Of a stretch of DNA of 64,000 nt, positions 51,501-63,600 are shown one piece after another. A program made the translations under genes and the position numbers. The notes beneath the pieces are model-generated. The model was not told the origin of the DNA. It saw nothing but the letters and a program-made list of their open reading frames with translations, and ran no database searches. Within the stretch, counting starts at the first letter, position 1. Each line of letters begins with the position of its first letter. Origin of the DNA: Candidatus Kapaibacterium sp. (GTDB taxonomy: Bacteria; Bacteroidota; Ignavibacteria; Kapaibacteriales; UBA2268); the NCBI GenBank assembly GCA_963665665.1, contig OY762428.1:2400001-2464000 (forward strand), given 5' to 3'.

Positions 51501-54500
51501 TGCAAAATTTGCCGGCGGAGCAGGTACTTTAACTCTCGGAGCAAATGCAAGTCTAACTCAGGATGAAGGTGCAGGTACAATTACTATAGAAAATGCTCTT
51601 GCCACAATAGTAATACCGGCTACAGCTTCATTAGCAGTTGATAATTTAACAATCACGAACGCTGCTCCACAGGTGACTACAGGTGATCTTACTATTAAAG
51701 GAGATATTACAAATAGTGATGCTGCAAATGCCGGACTTGACGGGACAACAACATTTTCAGGTACTGAAAATCAGTCGATTAGTGGAAATGCAGTTGATTT
51801 TGAAACAATTATTGTTAACAAAGCATCCGGTGATTTAAAATTATCAACTGATATTGTTTTAAATTCCGGAGCTGATGGTGATTTAACATTAACCAGTGGT
51901 AATCTTGACCTTAATGGTGATAATACTGTTACAATACCACAGACCAATTCATTGGCAACACTTAGCGAAACAGCAGGAGCAATGGTAATAAATTCCAATA
52001 CCAGTGCAACTTCTGGATATATAGAAGCTGAAAGTGGTGGTACCGACGGCAATGTTGGTGGCCTTGGACTGTCACTCGTTGATGTTGATGCTACTGATAT
52101 TGTAAGAAGGTATCCAATTGCCGACCTCAATTCAACAAGAAATCTTGCAGGTTCCGATGCAGTTGGTATATCAAGATATTATTACGTCCAGGAGGTAGCA
52201 GGAAACGGCATTACCTCTGTTGGGTCAGTATTCAGATATGATGATTCTGAAATAAATGGCGGTTCCGAAGCAAATCTCAGCCTTTATCATAGCGATAATA
52301 ATGCAGCATATGCTGTTGTTTCTAACGCTTCTGTAAATACTAGTACAAATTCATTTACAGGCCCAGCAGGAATGACTGCAATTACTGCTTCCCAGACAGA
52401 TTACTTTACTTTCGGAGTTGCATCAGGAATTAAATACTCGGATGTAACAACATCGGGTAATTGGAATGATGCCAGTTCTTGGTCACCAACAGGTGTACCA
52501 ACTTCAACAGATTTGGTAGTTATTAAAAATACTCATACCATTTTATTGAATACTGACGCAACTGTTTCCGGCCTTGAAATTCAGGGAACTGGCGCTTTAA
52601 AACCGGCTGCAACAGGAGAATATGATCTTACATGTTCTGGTAATGTTTTCTTTTCTAATGCAAGCGCAGTTCTATATGCAACAAACGGCGCCGGTAAGCT
52701 TAACCTGACAATGACAGGCGGAAACGCAACTACACCAAAGAAAATTAAACTTCTCGCAAATGCTAACTTCAATGTTAACGACCTTACTGTTACAGGTTAC
52801 TTAGAACAGGACGGAGCATATACAATTGACGTAAGCGGCGATCTTTATACAAGCGGCGCATCTTCATTTGTTCAGAGAGTAGGTTCAACCAACTTTAACG
52901 GAACAATACAGCAGACAGTTACAAGAGACGACGCTGCCACACTTACATTCAATAATGTGGTAGTTGCCGACAATGCTAATGTTACTACAAGCGATTCCTT
53001 CACAGTTCTTGGCAACTTCACAAACGGAAGCGCCGGTACTGCAACATTTGAATCAACAGGCGGAACAATAACATTAAGCGGTACAACTGCTATTACAAAT
53101 GCAACAAGCAGCACTCTTGAATTTTACGGGCTTAGCTTCCCTGCAAATGCAGCAGCTACCACATCAAGCAACTTTACGGTGCATGGTGATTTCACACTTG
53201 CAGCCGATGCAACATTTGCAGCAAGTGCGGGAGCTGTAACATTCGATAATACTGCAACAGCAGATATTACAAATAACAGCTCAAACAGCGCTTCCGACCT
53301 GACATTCTGGAATGTGAAAGTTACTACCGGTTCCAAAGTGGAAACAGCATCTGACTTCTACTACAATGGAACAGGTACAAGTATTGAAATCCAGGGTACA
53401 GGTTCTTACAAGCAGACATCAGGTACAACATACTTCTCTGCTTCAAGTGCTATCAGCAATTCATCTGCCGGTACGCTGGAATTCTCGAATATCAGCATTC
53501 CAACAGGTGTAGCAATGACTACAACATCAGATTTCTCGATCAAAGGTAATCTGACAGTAGCCAGTACAGGTACGCTTGTAGCAAGTAATCCTTCAAATAT
53601 TACATTTGATAATACTACTGCTGCAATTAATTTGGATGCTGATGATTTAATTGATTTTTGGAGTTTAACGGTTGCAGATGAAACAGAATTAACTGTTTCC
53701 GATTGGAATTATGATATACAGGGCAATTTAACAGTTCTTGGATCTGGAAGTCTTGTAAACTCTAATAATTTGGTAAAATTTATTGAACCAGTAACTAAAA
53801 CTATTACTAATAATGGTACTCTTGAATTTTACGATTTAGAAATAGAGAATAATACTAGTAGAGTAGTAAATACAACAAGTGATTTTACAATTAATGGAAC
53901 TCTTACTGTTGGTGTAGATGCAACTACAGGTTCACTTATTTGCTCAGGAAACAGTACAATTACTTTGAACTATGCAGGAGCTTCACCAACAACCAATGGT
54001 AATTTAGAAGGTGAACAATTAGCTCTTCAGTTCCAAAACGTTAAATTTACTGCTGCTGCAACACCAGCAGCATATTATGTTGTTAGCGGCGATTTTATTT
54101 CAAATGATTCTTATCACGCTACTGCCGGTGAAATATTATTCGACGGATCATCAGAGCAGACTATTAAAGGTTCAACAGCTCCTTACTTTGACGAGATTGA
54201 AGTGGACGGTTCAGGCGTAAAACTTGAAGTAAGCATTTACATTGACGGTACAATTGACGCTCTTCTTCTTACAGACGGCGATATGGATCTTAACGGTGAT
54301 AATATCATCACTTTCACTGCTACCGGAGCTGAACTTGATGAATCTGATGCCAACACAGTTAAAAATACTGGTATTGGTTCAGGTTATATCACAACTGTTA
54401 CATCTGGTGATTCTGAACCAAATATTGAAGCTTCAGGTTTTGGCCTTACATTCGATGCCGGCTCCCCAACAGGTATTGTAGTAAGGCGTTATCATAATGC

Positions 54501-57500
54501 TCTCAATATTAACACAACATCTACCGTTGAGAGATATTATTATATTACATTTACAGGCGGCGCAGTAACAGGCGTTACATTTGATTATGACAATACAGAA
54601 TTGAATGGTAACACTGCTACTAACCTGTCACTATACAAGGCTTCTGCTTCAACAGCAACAAGCTGGACAGGCATCGGCGGTACTGCAAATGGCGGTACTT
54701 ATACCGGTAACATAGCAAAAACATCAGGCATAAGTGGATTAACAACAGGCGATTTTCTTGCAGCAACTTCACAGGCTGTTACAATAGCAGCACATCCTAC
54801 TGAAGGTGTTCATGAAAATAATCTTATGGCTGCTTCACCACTTATTGCAAGCGCACAGAATAAGAATATACTTGGTTTCTCGCTAACATCTACAGGTACA
54901 ACTGACTTTACCGGAATTGATATGACATTGAATATCGATCCTTCGGCAAAACTCAGCAATTTTGAACTTTATGTAGATGATGATAATGATCTCAGTTCCT
55001 ACGGAATGACGAAGATCGGAAACGTTACACAGAACGGAACTTCACTTCAGTTCACAGGATTTACACAGACTTTATCAGCAGCAACAGCAAAATACTATTT
55101 CCTCGTTGCCGATGTATCATCTGTAGTAAGTTCATCAACTCCTCAGATCTTTGCATCATTCACTCAGGATGACCTAACATTATCAGCAGGCACTGCAAAT
55201 TCAAACAATTTCCAGGGTACAGCTTATTCATTCGATCAGCTCCTGGTAACAGTTGCAACTGATAATGCACCTTCAGCAGGTTCATTAACTCAGGCATTAG
55301 CTGACCAGGCAATTTTCGGATTTAATTTAACTCCGAACCTGAACAGCCCGAATGTATCATTCACAGCTATTACTATTGACGCAGATCTTGATGGTGGAGC
55401 TCCAACTTCTGACTTCACAACATTCAAGCTCTATCGCGACAGGAATAATAATGGTGTTAAAGATGATTATGATATTCTGCTTAGCACAGTTGGCGCTATG
55501 CCTGGTAACCAGCAGATAGCATTCACAGGATTAAGCGAATCATTTAATGAAGAAATTAATTACATTGTTGTATGTACTATTATCAGTTCTGCAACTGATA
55601 ACGGAACAATACAGATGCAGATTTCTGACATTAATAATATAACTCTGACAAGTCCTGCTTTATTAGATGACGACGCTCCTTATGAAGGAAATGTAATGAC
55701 AATAGCAGCTGTTGCAGCAGCAACAAAACTCGTTATTACAGATGTTTCACCTGATATTTCATTTGCAGCAAACCAGGGATTAGCAGAGAATACACTTGTT
55801 GACGGACAATTGTTTACGGTAACAGTACAGGCACAGGATGCAAGTGGCAATCCACAGAAACTTACTGCTGCGAATAATGTTACAATTAGTAATACCGGTG
55901 CTTCATCTCTTGGTGGTACATTAACACAAGATATGAATGGCTTAAATTCATATACATTCTATGATTTAATACTTCACAACAGTGGTAAGGGCGAATCAGG
56001 TATTGTTCTATCGGCAGCAGACGTAGAAACACTAACCGATGCTACAAGTTCAGCTCTTACACTGCTTTCAAAAGAACAGACAACATCACTAAGCGGTTTG
56101 GCAATATCTGCTATTCAGCCTACTCAGGTAACAGCAAGCTGGACAAACACACTTCAAGATGAATGTATATTAGTAGTTAAAGCCGGTAGCGCACCTACTG
56201 ATCCGACAGACGGAACTGAATACGGTCAGGCAACTGCTAATAACTTCTCGACTCCTAATGCCGTTAACGGTACAACTGGAACCGGAAGCGTAGTTGTTTA
56301 CAAAGGTACAGGCGAAACAGTAAACGTTACTGGCCTTACAGCTGGTACAACATATTACTTTGCGTTGTATAATTATTATGATCAGGCAAATGTAATTAAT
56401 TACAGAATAACAGCGGAACCGGAAAACAGTATAATTCTTGTATCCGAAACAACACTGGATACAGAACCAACTGTACCGGCAAGTTCAATTGCATACTCAG
56501 GTGTTACTTCCACAAGTATGAGGCTTACATGGACACGCGGTAACGGTGAAAACAATATCGTTGTTGCAAGAGCAGGTTCGGCAGCTCCAAGCCCGACAGA
56601 CGGAACAACTTATGGTTCCAGCACAGCTTATGGCGCTGCAACTGCAGCAATAAGTACTGGCTATGTAGTTTATGATGGTACTGCTAACACAGCAGAAATA
56701 ACAAACCTAATTCCGAATACAGAGTATTACTTTGCTATATATGAATATTCAGGATCAGGCGACGATATTAACTATCTGACAACAGGAGCTGTAACAGGAA
56801 ATCGCTACACATTGGTTAGCGAACCTACAGCTCAGGCTCATGATATTACTTTCAGTGAAATGACACAGGGTACTAATAACGAGTTTAAAGTAAACTGGGT
56901 TAATGGTAATGGAGATTACAGAATAGTTGTTGCAAAAGCAGCTTCCGCTATTACTGCATCTGAAACACCTGTTGACGCTTCAATCTATACATCAAATGTT
57001 GTTGCTGATCCGGTTACTTACGGTACTACTGAAGCCATTGGCGACGGTTATATTATCTATAATAACTACGGTTCAAGTAATACAAACAATTATATAACAC
57101 TCCAGGGTCTTACATACGGCCAGACTTATTACTTCAAAGTATTTGAATTTAACGGTACAGGTACAACTGCAGACGATTCTAAATTCAATTATCTGACTGA
57201 CGATGCTACGGATAATCCAAGCAGCCGCGAAGCAGATTCTTATGAAGATAATAACACACTCGCAAATGCAGTTCAGATTACTGCCGACGGTACTCTCTAC
57301 CAGGGTATTATCAGCTCTGCAACTGACGAGGACTGGCTATACTTTACTCCGGATATTGCAAATAACCTGAACAATGTAAGGATCAAACTTACATCACTTC
57401 CTAAAGACTATACAATCGAAGTTTACACTTCTGCCGGAAGATTGGTCAGGAGTTCAAAACGTACAGGCACAACTGACGAGATCATCGTTATCAACAACCT

Positions 57501-57615
57501 GCCTGTTGGCGATTACTATATCAAGATATACAGCCCGAGTGGTGACTACAGCCTTACTCCTTACAGGGTGAACGCTGTATCCAGCACTGCGGATTATAAG
57601 AGCGATACCCCGTAA
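48517..57615 (+). CDS. 3032-aa secreted adhesin-like protein: two beta-helical modules, Ig-like domains, 3 FN3-like domains, C-terminal PPC-like domain
   Basis: Signal peptide ending AWA; two SGNW...W...P caps; Thr/Gly/Ala/Asn-rich solenoid repeats; GLTAGTTYYF, LIPNTEYYF and GLTYGQTYYF; DSYEDNNT...DEDWLYF...GDYYIKI. Confidence 0.85.
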   Translation: MKKKNRLLRIGIFLAFFFALSLGTEAWAATIVTNTSGNWSDPDTWVGGALPTASDVVQIEHDLTLDGDYTCAGIVIDNDDDGDIDLKPATTGTYTLTVNGNITMASTTDKDGILYNNTNGRLNLKITGTSVITTSVAADGADGIQVNDLIISGTVTHTGAHQIDIYNNMYVNGGGSFTDGTSAGNIISFAGADSYIYNTSSASAPLVFYDLTFAAAATDAETNASFTVKGTLTTAGGSALTATAGTITFSPIANDVVIASSGTTTLNNIVIANTTYDVTSTGDISIDGSYTQSGTTGTVIHAAAGRITFSGSGTITVPTTASTPDFGFVTIDGTYVLEGSIDVLGASGTDDFNVDASDSFIANSGTVSVTSNGAQIDVEANATCTFYDLSIGTGTAAETQEITATSIITVTNDLTVAESGVAVASSDANSPAPSITMTGGTAIGSAVTLDLSGIDPADVGFFNPGNLYIGSGAFVEINTHASGWELEETTDDTLHVRGTFIVPLGNKILGDADAGDVHEFVYIYSGATLATSCIGGLFDDSNTGDAAAFDTDDGTADLTFAFEDISATNFYFYPVGTNFIQFGDDLPSQQCGNLTLAPTGSAMDATFTQGNFTVNGNFITAGTQDVVFTATTDLTLAGSNNTITHGSSGNLTFGLLSITGSYSTDDDFEVAAAGAAAFDATGGTFLATTPSNITLTGAAPQIDAGTITFYDLTIGDGTAACAAVLNNDITITGDLILGDDSGVGVLDGSLTAASQARVTFDNTASAVSPNHITVGAENDIDPCITFNNLTIAANSHIDVTTATSNILFTDGGAAAGITLGSGSSFVWSAGTLQIGSGTTAFGTTITVASDATLTLFNIDIFDIANNAITTDDSFIINGAITSTGDAAATSFTASSPSVITFGGSTTMDIAVGATGSLTFYDVIVNNTSTLGLTITTGDALTISGDLTVNSSAKFIPAADATVTFSGTDNTIVNNGTLTLGLTTFAASSDYSLTGNAKFAGGAGTLTLGANASLTQDEGAGTITIENALATIVIPATASLAVDNLTITNAAPQVTTGDLTIKGDITNSDAANAGLDGTTTFSGTENQSISGNAVDFETIIVNKASGDLKLSTDIVLNSGADGDLTLTSGNLDLNGDNTVTIPQTNSLATLSETAGAMVINSNTSATSGYIEAESGGTDGNVGGLGLSLVDVDATDIVRRYPIADLNSTRNLAGSDAVGISRYYYVQEVAGNGITSVGSVFRYDDSEINGGSEANLSLYHSDNNAAYAVVSNASVNTSTNSFTGPAGMTAITASQTDYFTFGVASGIKYSDVTTSGNWNDASSWSPTGVPTSTDLVVIKNTHTILLNTDATVSGLEIQGTGALKPAATGEYDLTCSGNVFFSNASAVLYATNGAGKLNLTMTGGNATTPKKIKLLANANFNVNDLTVTGYLEQDGAYTIDVSGDLYTSGASSFVQRVGSTNFNGTIQQTVTRDDAATLTFNNVVVADNANVTTSDSFTVLGNFTNGSAGTATFESTGGTITLSGTTAITNATSSTLEFYGLSFPANAAATTSSNFTVHGDFTLAADATFAASAGAVTFDNTATADITNNSSNSASDLTFWNVKVTTGSKVETASDFYYNGTGTSIEIQGTGSYKQTSGTTYFSASSAISNSSAGTLEFSNISIPTGVAMTTTSDFSIKGNLTVASTGTLVASNPSNITFDNTTAAINLDADDLIDFWSLTVADETELTVSDWNYDIQGNLTVLGSGSLVNSNNLVKFIEPVTKTITNNGTLEFYDLEIENNTSRVVNTTSDFTINGTLTVGVDATTGSLICSGNSTITLNYAGASPTTNGNLEGEQLALQFQNVKFTAAATPAAYYVVSGDFISNDSYHATAGEILFDGSSEQTIKGSTAPYFDEIEVDGSGVKLEVSIYIDGTIDALLLTDGDMDLNGDNIITFTATGAELDESDANTVKNTGIGSGYITTVTSGDSEPNIEASGFGLTFDAGSPTGIVVRRYHNALNINTTSTVERYYYITFTGGAVTGVTFDYDNTELNGNTATNLSLYKASASTATSWTGIGGTANGGTYTGNIAKTSGISGLTTGDFLAATSQAVTIAAHPTEGVHENNLMAASPLIASAQNKNILGFSLTSTGTTDFTGIDMTLNIDPSAKLSNFELYVDDDNDLSSYGMTKIGNVTQNGTSLQFTGFTQTLSAATAKYYFLVADVSSVVSSSTPQIFASFTQDDLTLSAGTANSNNFQGTAYSFDQLLVTVATDNAPSAGSLTQALADQAIFGFNLTPNLNSPNVSFTAITIDADLDGGAPTSDFTTFKLYRDRNNNGVKDDYDILLSTVGAMPGNQQIAFTGLSESFNEEINYIVVCTIISSATDNGTIQMQISDINNITLTSPALLDDDAPYEGNVMTIAAVAAATKLVITDVSPDISFAANQGLAENTLVDGQLFTVTVQAQDASGNPQKLTAANNVTISNTGASSLGGTLTQDMNGLNSYTFYDLILHNSGKGESGIVLSAADVETLTDATSSALTLLSKEQTTSLSGLAISAIQPTQVTASWTNTLQDECILVVKAGSAPTDPTDGTEYGQATANNFSTPNAVNGTTGTGSVVVYKGTGETVNVTGLTAGTTYYFALYNYYDQANVINYRITAEPENSIILVSETTLDTEPTVPASSIAYSGVTSTSMRLTWTRGNGENNIVVARAGSAAPSPTDGTTYGSSTAYGAATAAISTGYVVYDGTANTAEITNLIPNTEYYFAIYEYSGSGDDINYLTTGAVTGNRYTLVSEPTAQAHDITFSEMTQGTNNEFKVNWVNGNGDYRIVVAKAASAITASETPVDASIYTSNVVADPVTYGTTEAIGDGYIIYNNYGSSNTNNYITLQGLTYGQTYYFKVFEFNGTGTTADDSKFNYLTDDATDNPSSREADSYEDNNTLANAVQITADGTLYQGIISSATDEDWLYFTPDIANNLNNVRIKLTSLPKDYTIEVYTSAGRLVRSSKRTGTTDEIIVINNLPVGDYYIKIYSPSGDYSLTPYRVNAVSSTADYKSDTP

Positions 57616-57691
57616 TAATTCGACCTTGACGGACGAATGATCGCTTAAAATTGAAAATAGTATTATCATAAATATTTAAAGGAAAATAGAA

Positions 57692-60600
57692 ATGTTAAAG
57701 AAAACATCAATATCAGGCAGACGGGGAATCAAATCCATTATGACGCTCTTGATGAGTGTAACGGTGGCGTTGGTGATGTTTGCAACTGATGTGTTGGCGC
57801 AGGACTACGACTTCTCGTTGCGCCTTCGCAGGATGGGCGACAAGATCGGGGCTGAACTTTGGGTGCGCTCTTTGAACTCCTCGGCTCCTAAGCTTGGTTC
57901 CTTCACTTACTCTGTTGTTTACAACAGCAGTTACCTGCAGCCGGCAGCCACAACTTACGATGCCGGCGTTACAGACTCGGTTGACTATAATGTTAACCAG
58001 GCCGCAGACCTTCCCTACAGGGAAATCGAATCTTCCTTCGACGGAACAAACGGCTACAGCGCTATCCAGGTCGGTAACGGTTCGGGATACGCAGAACTTG
58101 AAATCACATTTACCGGGAACGCCTCATCAGAAGGCGTTCAACCCGGTACGACAGGGCGCGGTACTTTCGTGGGACGTGTTCTGTTCGATATAATTAACCA
58201 TGCCAGTCTGAGCGATTCAGATCAGACCGGTATCATCACAAACCAGACAGGTATTCCCAGCATTGTAATATATGATGCTAATGAAAACCTTCTGGATAAT
58301 ACAACTGATATTACATTTACAGATCCTTCTGCAATGAATATCAGGGGTATTACAATTCTTAATCCTAACGGCCCGAGCGAAGCTGTAAACAGGACTTCAA
58401 CATACCTTTCTCTTTCAGTTGCCGGATACCCGGTATATTTTGAAAGATCAGGACTTGTTAATCCTTCAACATACAGCTATGGTACAGACGGCCTTGCTTA
58501 TGCAATGGATTACTCACTTGACGGCGGCAGCAACTGGACAACAAACGTAATGCGCTTTGCTGAAACAACAGCACAGGCAACAGCTGCTACTTTTGACAAT
58601 CTTGCAAGCGGTGAAATCGAAACATCCAATGGTTCGGTTCCCGGCTATACAATCACAAAAGCTGACGGTAACCCGCTTACATCAAGTGGCGACGGTTACG
58701 GTGGCATTGTAAGAGTAATCTGGGAAGATAACCAGACATTTGCATACCGCTCAGAAGAAGCACGCCTTCGTATATATCAGCTTGAATCAGCAGGTTCAGG
58801 TTCTGATATTGACAATCGCGACAGGGATGATATATATGACATAAGTGACTTTGACTTTGTTCTTTCATCTCTCTTCTTCGTACAGCTTAACGGAAGTGAC
58901 GAATACTTCCGCACAACAGGAAACTACAGCAATGCTACTCAGCTTACTGTTGAAGCATGGCTTAACCTGAATGAATACGGAGCAAGTTCAAGCGAGCCCG
59001 GTATCGTTGCTTCAAGTGGCGGCCCTGCTTCTCCCGAAGAAGGCGCCTGGATTCTTTACCTGGAAGATGGTAAATATCCAGCATTCCGTGCCCGTGAATT
59101 TGACGACCGTGGTACAAATGGTTACATTGCCGAGCTGGTTTCACCCTATGCTCTGGATGTAGCTAACTCGGATATCACTCTTGGCAGTGATGCAGCAAGT
59201 GAAACTCACAGGAAAAACTGGACACATGTTGCAGCTACTGTTGCAAACAATGTTGTTACACTTTATGTTGACGGCCAGATTGTTGACCAATACACAAATA
59301 CCGCAGCTCAGGATATCAGGATGAAAACATTCAGCCATCCTATCTGGATTGGTGTTAATCCTAATATCTCGATTGATGCAGAAGATTATCTTAAAGCAGG
59401 CTTCAAAGAAGTACGCGTTTGGAGATATGCTCTTACACAGGCTGAAGTTCTTGAAAACGCAGCCGGTGTTTATGACATCATTGGAACTACATCAGCAATA
59501 AATCCGAACCCGAATGGTTCAGACATTCGTGCAGCTATCGAGATAGACTGGCCCTTCCAGGGTGCCAGAACAGATGCTGCTTCAGATGTTACTTTCCAGA
59601 ACGGTTTGAATACAATTGACTTCTACGATGGCGGTTCAATTGATAATACAGCTATCAACTATCGTCCCGACCGCGCTCATATCACACTGGTTACTCCAAC
59701 CGGCGGCGAAGGTATCAGCAATATCGAGGACAATACTTATGATATCAGCTGGATTGGTTACGGCCTTGGATCAACATCTCCGAGCTCGGAAGACCTTATG
59801 ATAGAATACAGCCGCGACGGTGGTACAAGTTGGGCAAATGCTCTTGATAACACTGCTGCACCGGCTGGCTTGCCTCTTAATGAAGTAGAAATTGAAGCAG
59901 GTTCGGCTACATGGGAACCTTATAACAGTGTTACCGAATCAGGCGCTTACCATGACCTTCAGGGTGTTGGTAACTCGATTGAAACAAACTATGTTAAGCA
60001 GGTTTATGTAAGGATCAGCGGTACATCAGGCAACGCACAGACAGATATCTATGATATGTCGGGCATGGTTTATGTTGCTCCTTACTTCTCACTGAGAAAT
60101 AATGGTGATGCTATCGTATCAATCGACGGAACCACATCACTTAACCTTTCAACAGGCGTAACATTCATGGAAGCATGGGTTCGCCCATATCGCTTCCCGA
60201 CAACAACTGAAGGTTACTTCCCGATCATCTCTAAAGTTGACAGTACATCAGGTGATGTACATTACATGCTGAAACTCAGGTCAGACGGAAGGCTTCAGTT
60301 TGATATTACACCATCAAGCGGAACTGTAGTGTCAGCTTATTCAGCTGCTGATTCACCGCTTTGGGAACCGAATGTTGAAATTCTTGACTCAGTATGGTTC
60401 CACGTTGGTGTATACGTTAATCTTGCAAGCGGAACAGGCGCAAGCGCTGTACGCTTCTATATTGACGGTGTTCCGCAGTATGTTGATTCAATTTCAACAC
60501 AGTATGGTTCGAATGTAAGCGTACCTGTTACCAATACATACCCGGCTTATATCGGTTATGAACCGTCAAACGGCGTTGATAACAGCAAAGCTTTCATCGG

Positions 60601-63600
60601 TGAAATGAGAGAAGTTCGCTTCTGGAACGGATACCCGGCAGGTATGGATATCTCCGGTACAGAGTCAATTGCCAACCCGACTGATATGACTAAGTTTATC
60701 CAGGGTGCTCTTGCAATTCATGCTGATGATCTGCTTACAACACCTACAAATTACCAGGAAAATCTTGTTGCAGCATTTACATTCGAAAATGGCGGTTATG
60801 TAAGTAATGGCTATCAGAGAACAATTGCTTCGACAAACTCAAATATTAAAGCTTATGTCCGCGGTGATATTGGTATCTCGACAGACGGTGTGGCTTATGT
60901 TCCTACAAAACCTTACCTGAAACTTGTTGAGCCTGTAACCCGCCAGGCAGTAGCTAACTCAGAAACATCACTGCGCTTGCGCTGGGCTGGTTTCGATTAT
61001 GACGAAGCCGGTTTCCGCTCAGGTTCGGCAGCCCTTTCACAGGATGCTGATATTGAGTATTCAATCCGCGGTGGCGGTGACGTTATTGTACAGCCATGGC
61101 AGGCAGTAGCAAGCACCAACTATGCCGGCGCTTATACTAATGCTCTTGGCCTTACAGCTACAGACGAATATAACTTTGCAGGCGTTACAAGCGGCATTCA
61201 GTATGGCGCTGAACTTAACGTTAGCATTAGTGATCCGGATGAAAATGATGACGGAACATACAATGATCAGGGACCGATCTACTCAGCTCTGACTAATGCA
61301 AGAATGGCTCTTACTGGAAGGGCAACTATCAACAGCCTGACACCATTTGAATATACAGATATTCTTACACTCAGGTCTGAAGGTAATCTCTTTACAGTAA
61401 CTCCTCCTTCAAACTTTACTGTACGTATGCTTCTTGAAGGTTTCCACAGCGGATCTGACGAAGATGTTACTGATATCGGTGAATCTTATGAAGGACTTGG
61501 AATTAAAATCAGGCTCTTTAATGAAATAGCAGGCGGACCGGGTACAGTAGTTGATTCAGCAGAATCAGTTTACGGTTACGATTCCGATGCTTCCGCTCTG
61601 AATGCAGGTACTGCTCCTGTTCGCGGTACAGACGGATCAATGTTCGCATCAGTACCGTTTATCTTCACTTCACTTGCAGACGGTGATTACTATGTAGTAG
61701 TTGAACACCTGAACCACCTTCCTGTAATGTCACGTTTCACAGCTAACTACCAGTTTGATGGTGATGATCTTGATACATGGACTATCGAATCTGGTTGGGA
61801 CTTCCAGTCCTGGGGCCAGAATGCAACTCCTACTTCAAGCAATTACATGAGCATGTCAACAGACGACATCTACTCAGGTAACGGCCTCTTCAGCGCCTAT
61901 GGCCAGACAGAATTAGACGAAGACGAAGTTGGCTACGATAAAACAGGCCTTATCTTTAACCAGGGTCAGGAAACTGCAACATCCAACAGGATGGCAGCTC
62001 TTGTAGCCGGTGATGTTTACCGTGACGGCCAGATCAACTCTTCAGACCGTATCAGGGTTCGTGACGATGCATCTTCAAATGTTAATCGTTCTGATGTTAC
62101 TGGCGACGGCCTTGTAAACGCTGTTGACCGTGATATCGTTGACAGGAACTTTAACAAGTTGTCTTCACTTATCGACCTTACTGTAGTTGACTATCCAACA
62201 GGCCAGGAAGTACCGATGTTCCCTTGGGTATCAGATGAGAAACCTTTGGAGCACGTATCCGACCTTAATCCTGAAAGAGCTATGGCAATGAACGCTGCTG
62301 CTAAAGAATTCATTGAAAATGGTTCGGTTCAGGCAGCACCTGTTGTAATGAGTTCTAAAAAAGGCGATCACACACTTGCAGGATTCAGTTACAGAGTATT
62401 TGCAGAACCACAGCTTAAAGACGGTAAAATGTTCGTAACAATGAGCATTGAAAACCTTGGCCAGGAATGGGCACCGGGTAACTGTACTTTTGCTCTTAAA
62501 TATGATAACAGAAATCTTGATTTCGTTGGCCTTACAGCTACAGACGAAAATCTCTTCAGCAGCGATGCAGCAGCAGGTTATTCAGCAGCTTATTCAGCAC
62601 CTGAAGAAAATGCTGACAACCCGGTTGTAAACGTCAGGACAATTGAAATTGACTATGACGGTTATTCAAGGCCGGTTGGTAACAACGTTCCTAATTCAAA
62701 AACAAAACTTGGTACACTCGTATTTGATGTAACAGGTTCAGCTGACGAATATGAATTCTCATGGCACAAACTTAGTGTAGTTCTTACAACAGACGGCCGC
62801 AACATCACTGGCGAAGGCGACTTCGTAACAGTTGAGCCGGTTAATGTTATCCGCTTTGCTTCTATCACTGTTCCTAACGGTGGTGAAGAATGGCGTTCAG
62901 GTAAGCTTTACACTGTAACATGGACAACACCAACTGTAAGCCAGATGGTTTACGTTGAATATTCAACTGACAACGGCGCAACATGGGGCAGAATTGCAGA
63001 AGAACCGGTAGACGCTATGAGCGCTATCTACAACTGGAAAACTCCGAGCATCCGTTCAACAGAATGTTTGATAAGGATTGTAAGAGTTGACGACGGTACG
63101 GAAGTTGACCGCTCAGATGCAAGCTTTGCTCTTCTTCCTGCTCCGGCAGAAATTACACGCCCGAGCGCAGCAGATCCGATCTACACTGGCGGCGCTAACG
63201 ACTTTATCCGCTGGAATGTTGACGATCCTACAAACGTTCGCTTCGAATTCTCAGACAACGGCGAAAGCGGCTGGGTTCCTGTAACAGCTACAGTAAACTC
63301 ACAGACTGGCGAAGTTGACTGGGTACTTCCTGCAGTAAATACTAAGAATGCTGTTGTTCGCATGATCAACTCTGAAACAAACGAGATCATGACACAGTCT
63401 CAGCAGTTCAAAGTTCTTGCCGGTGGCGTTACAATTACCAGCCCGCGTGCAGGTGATGTAGTTAACACTGGTGAACTTAAAGATGTTCGCTGGACTTATG
63501 ACAATGTTTCTAGGTTCGACCTTCACCTCAGCTTCGACGGTGGCGAAACATGGGTGGAAATGTCGAGAGAAGTTAACGCTCTTCCGCGTAACTACGAATG

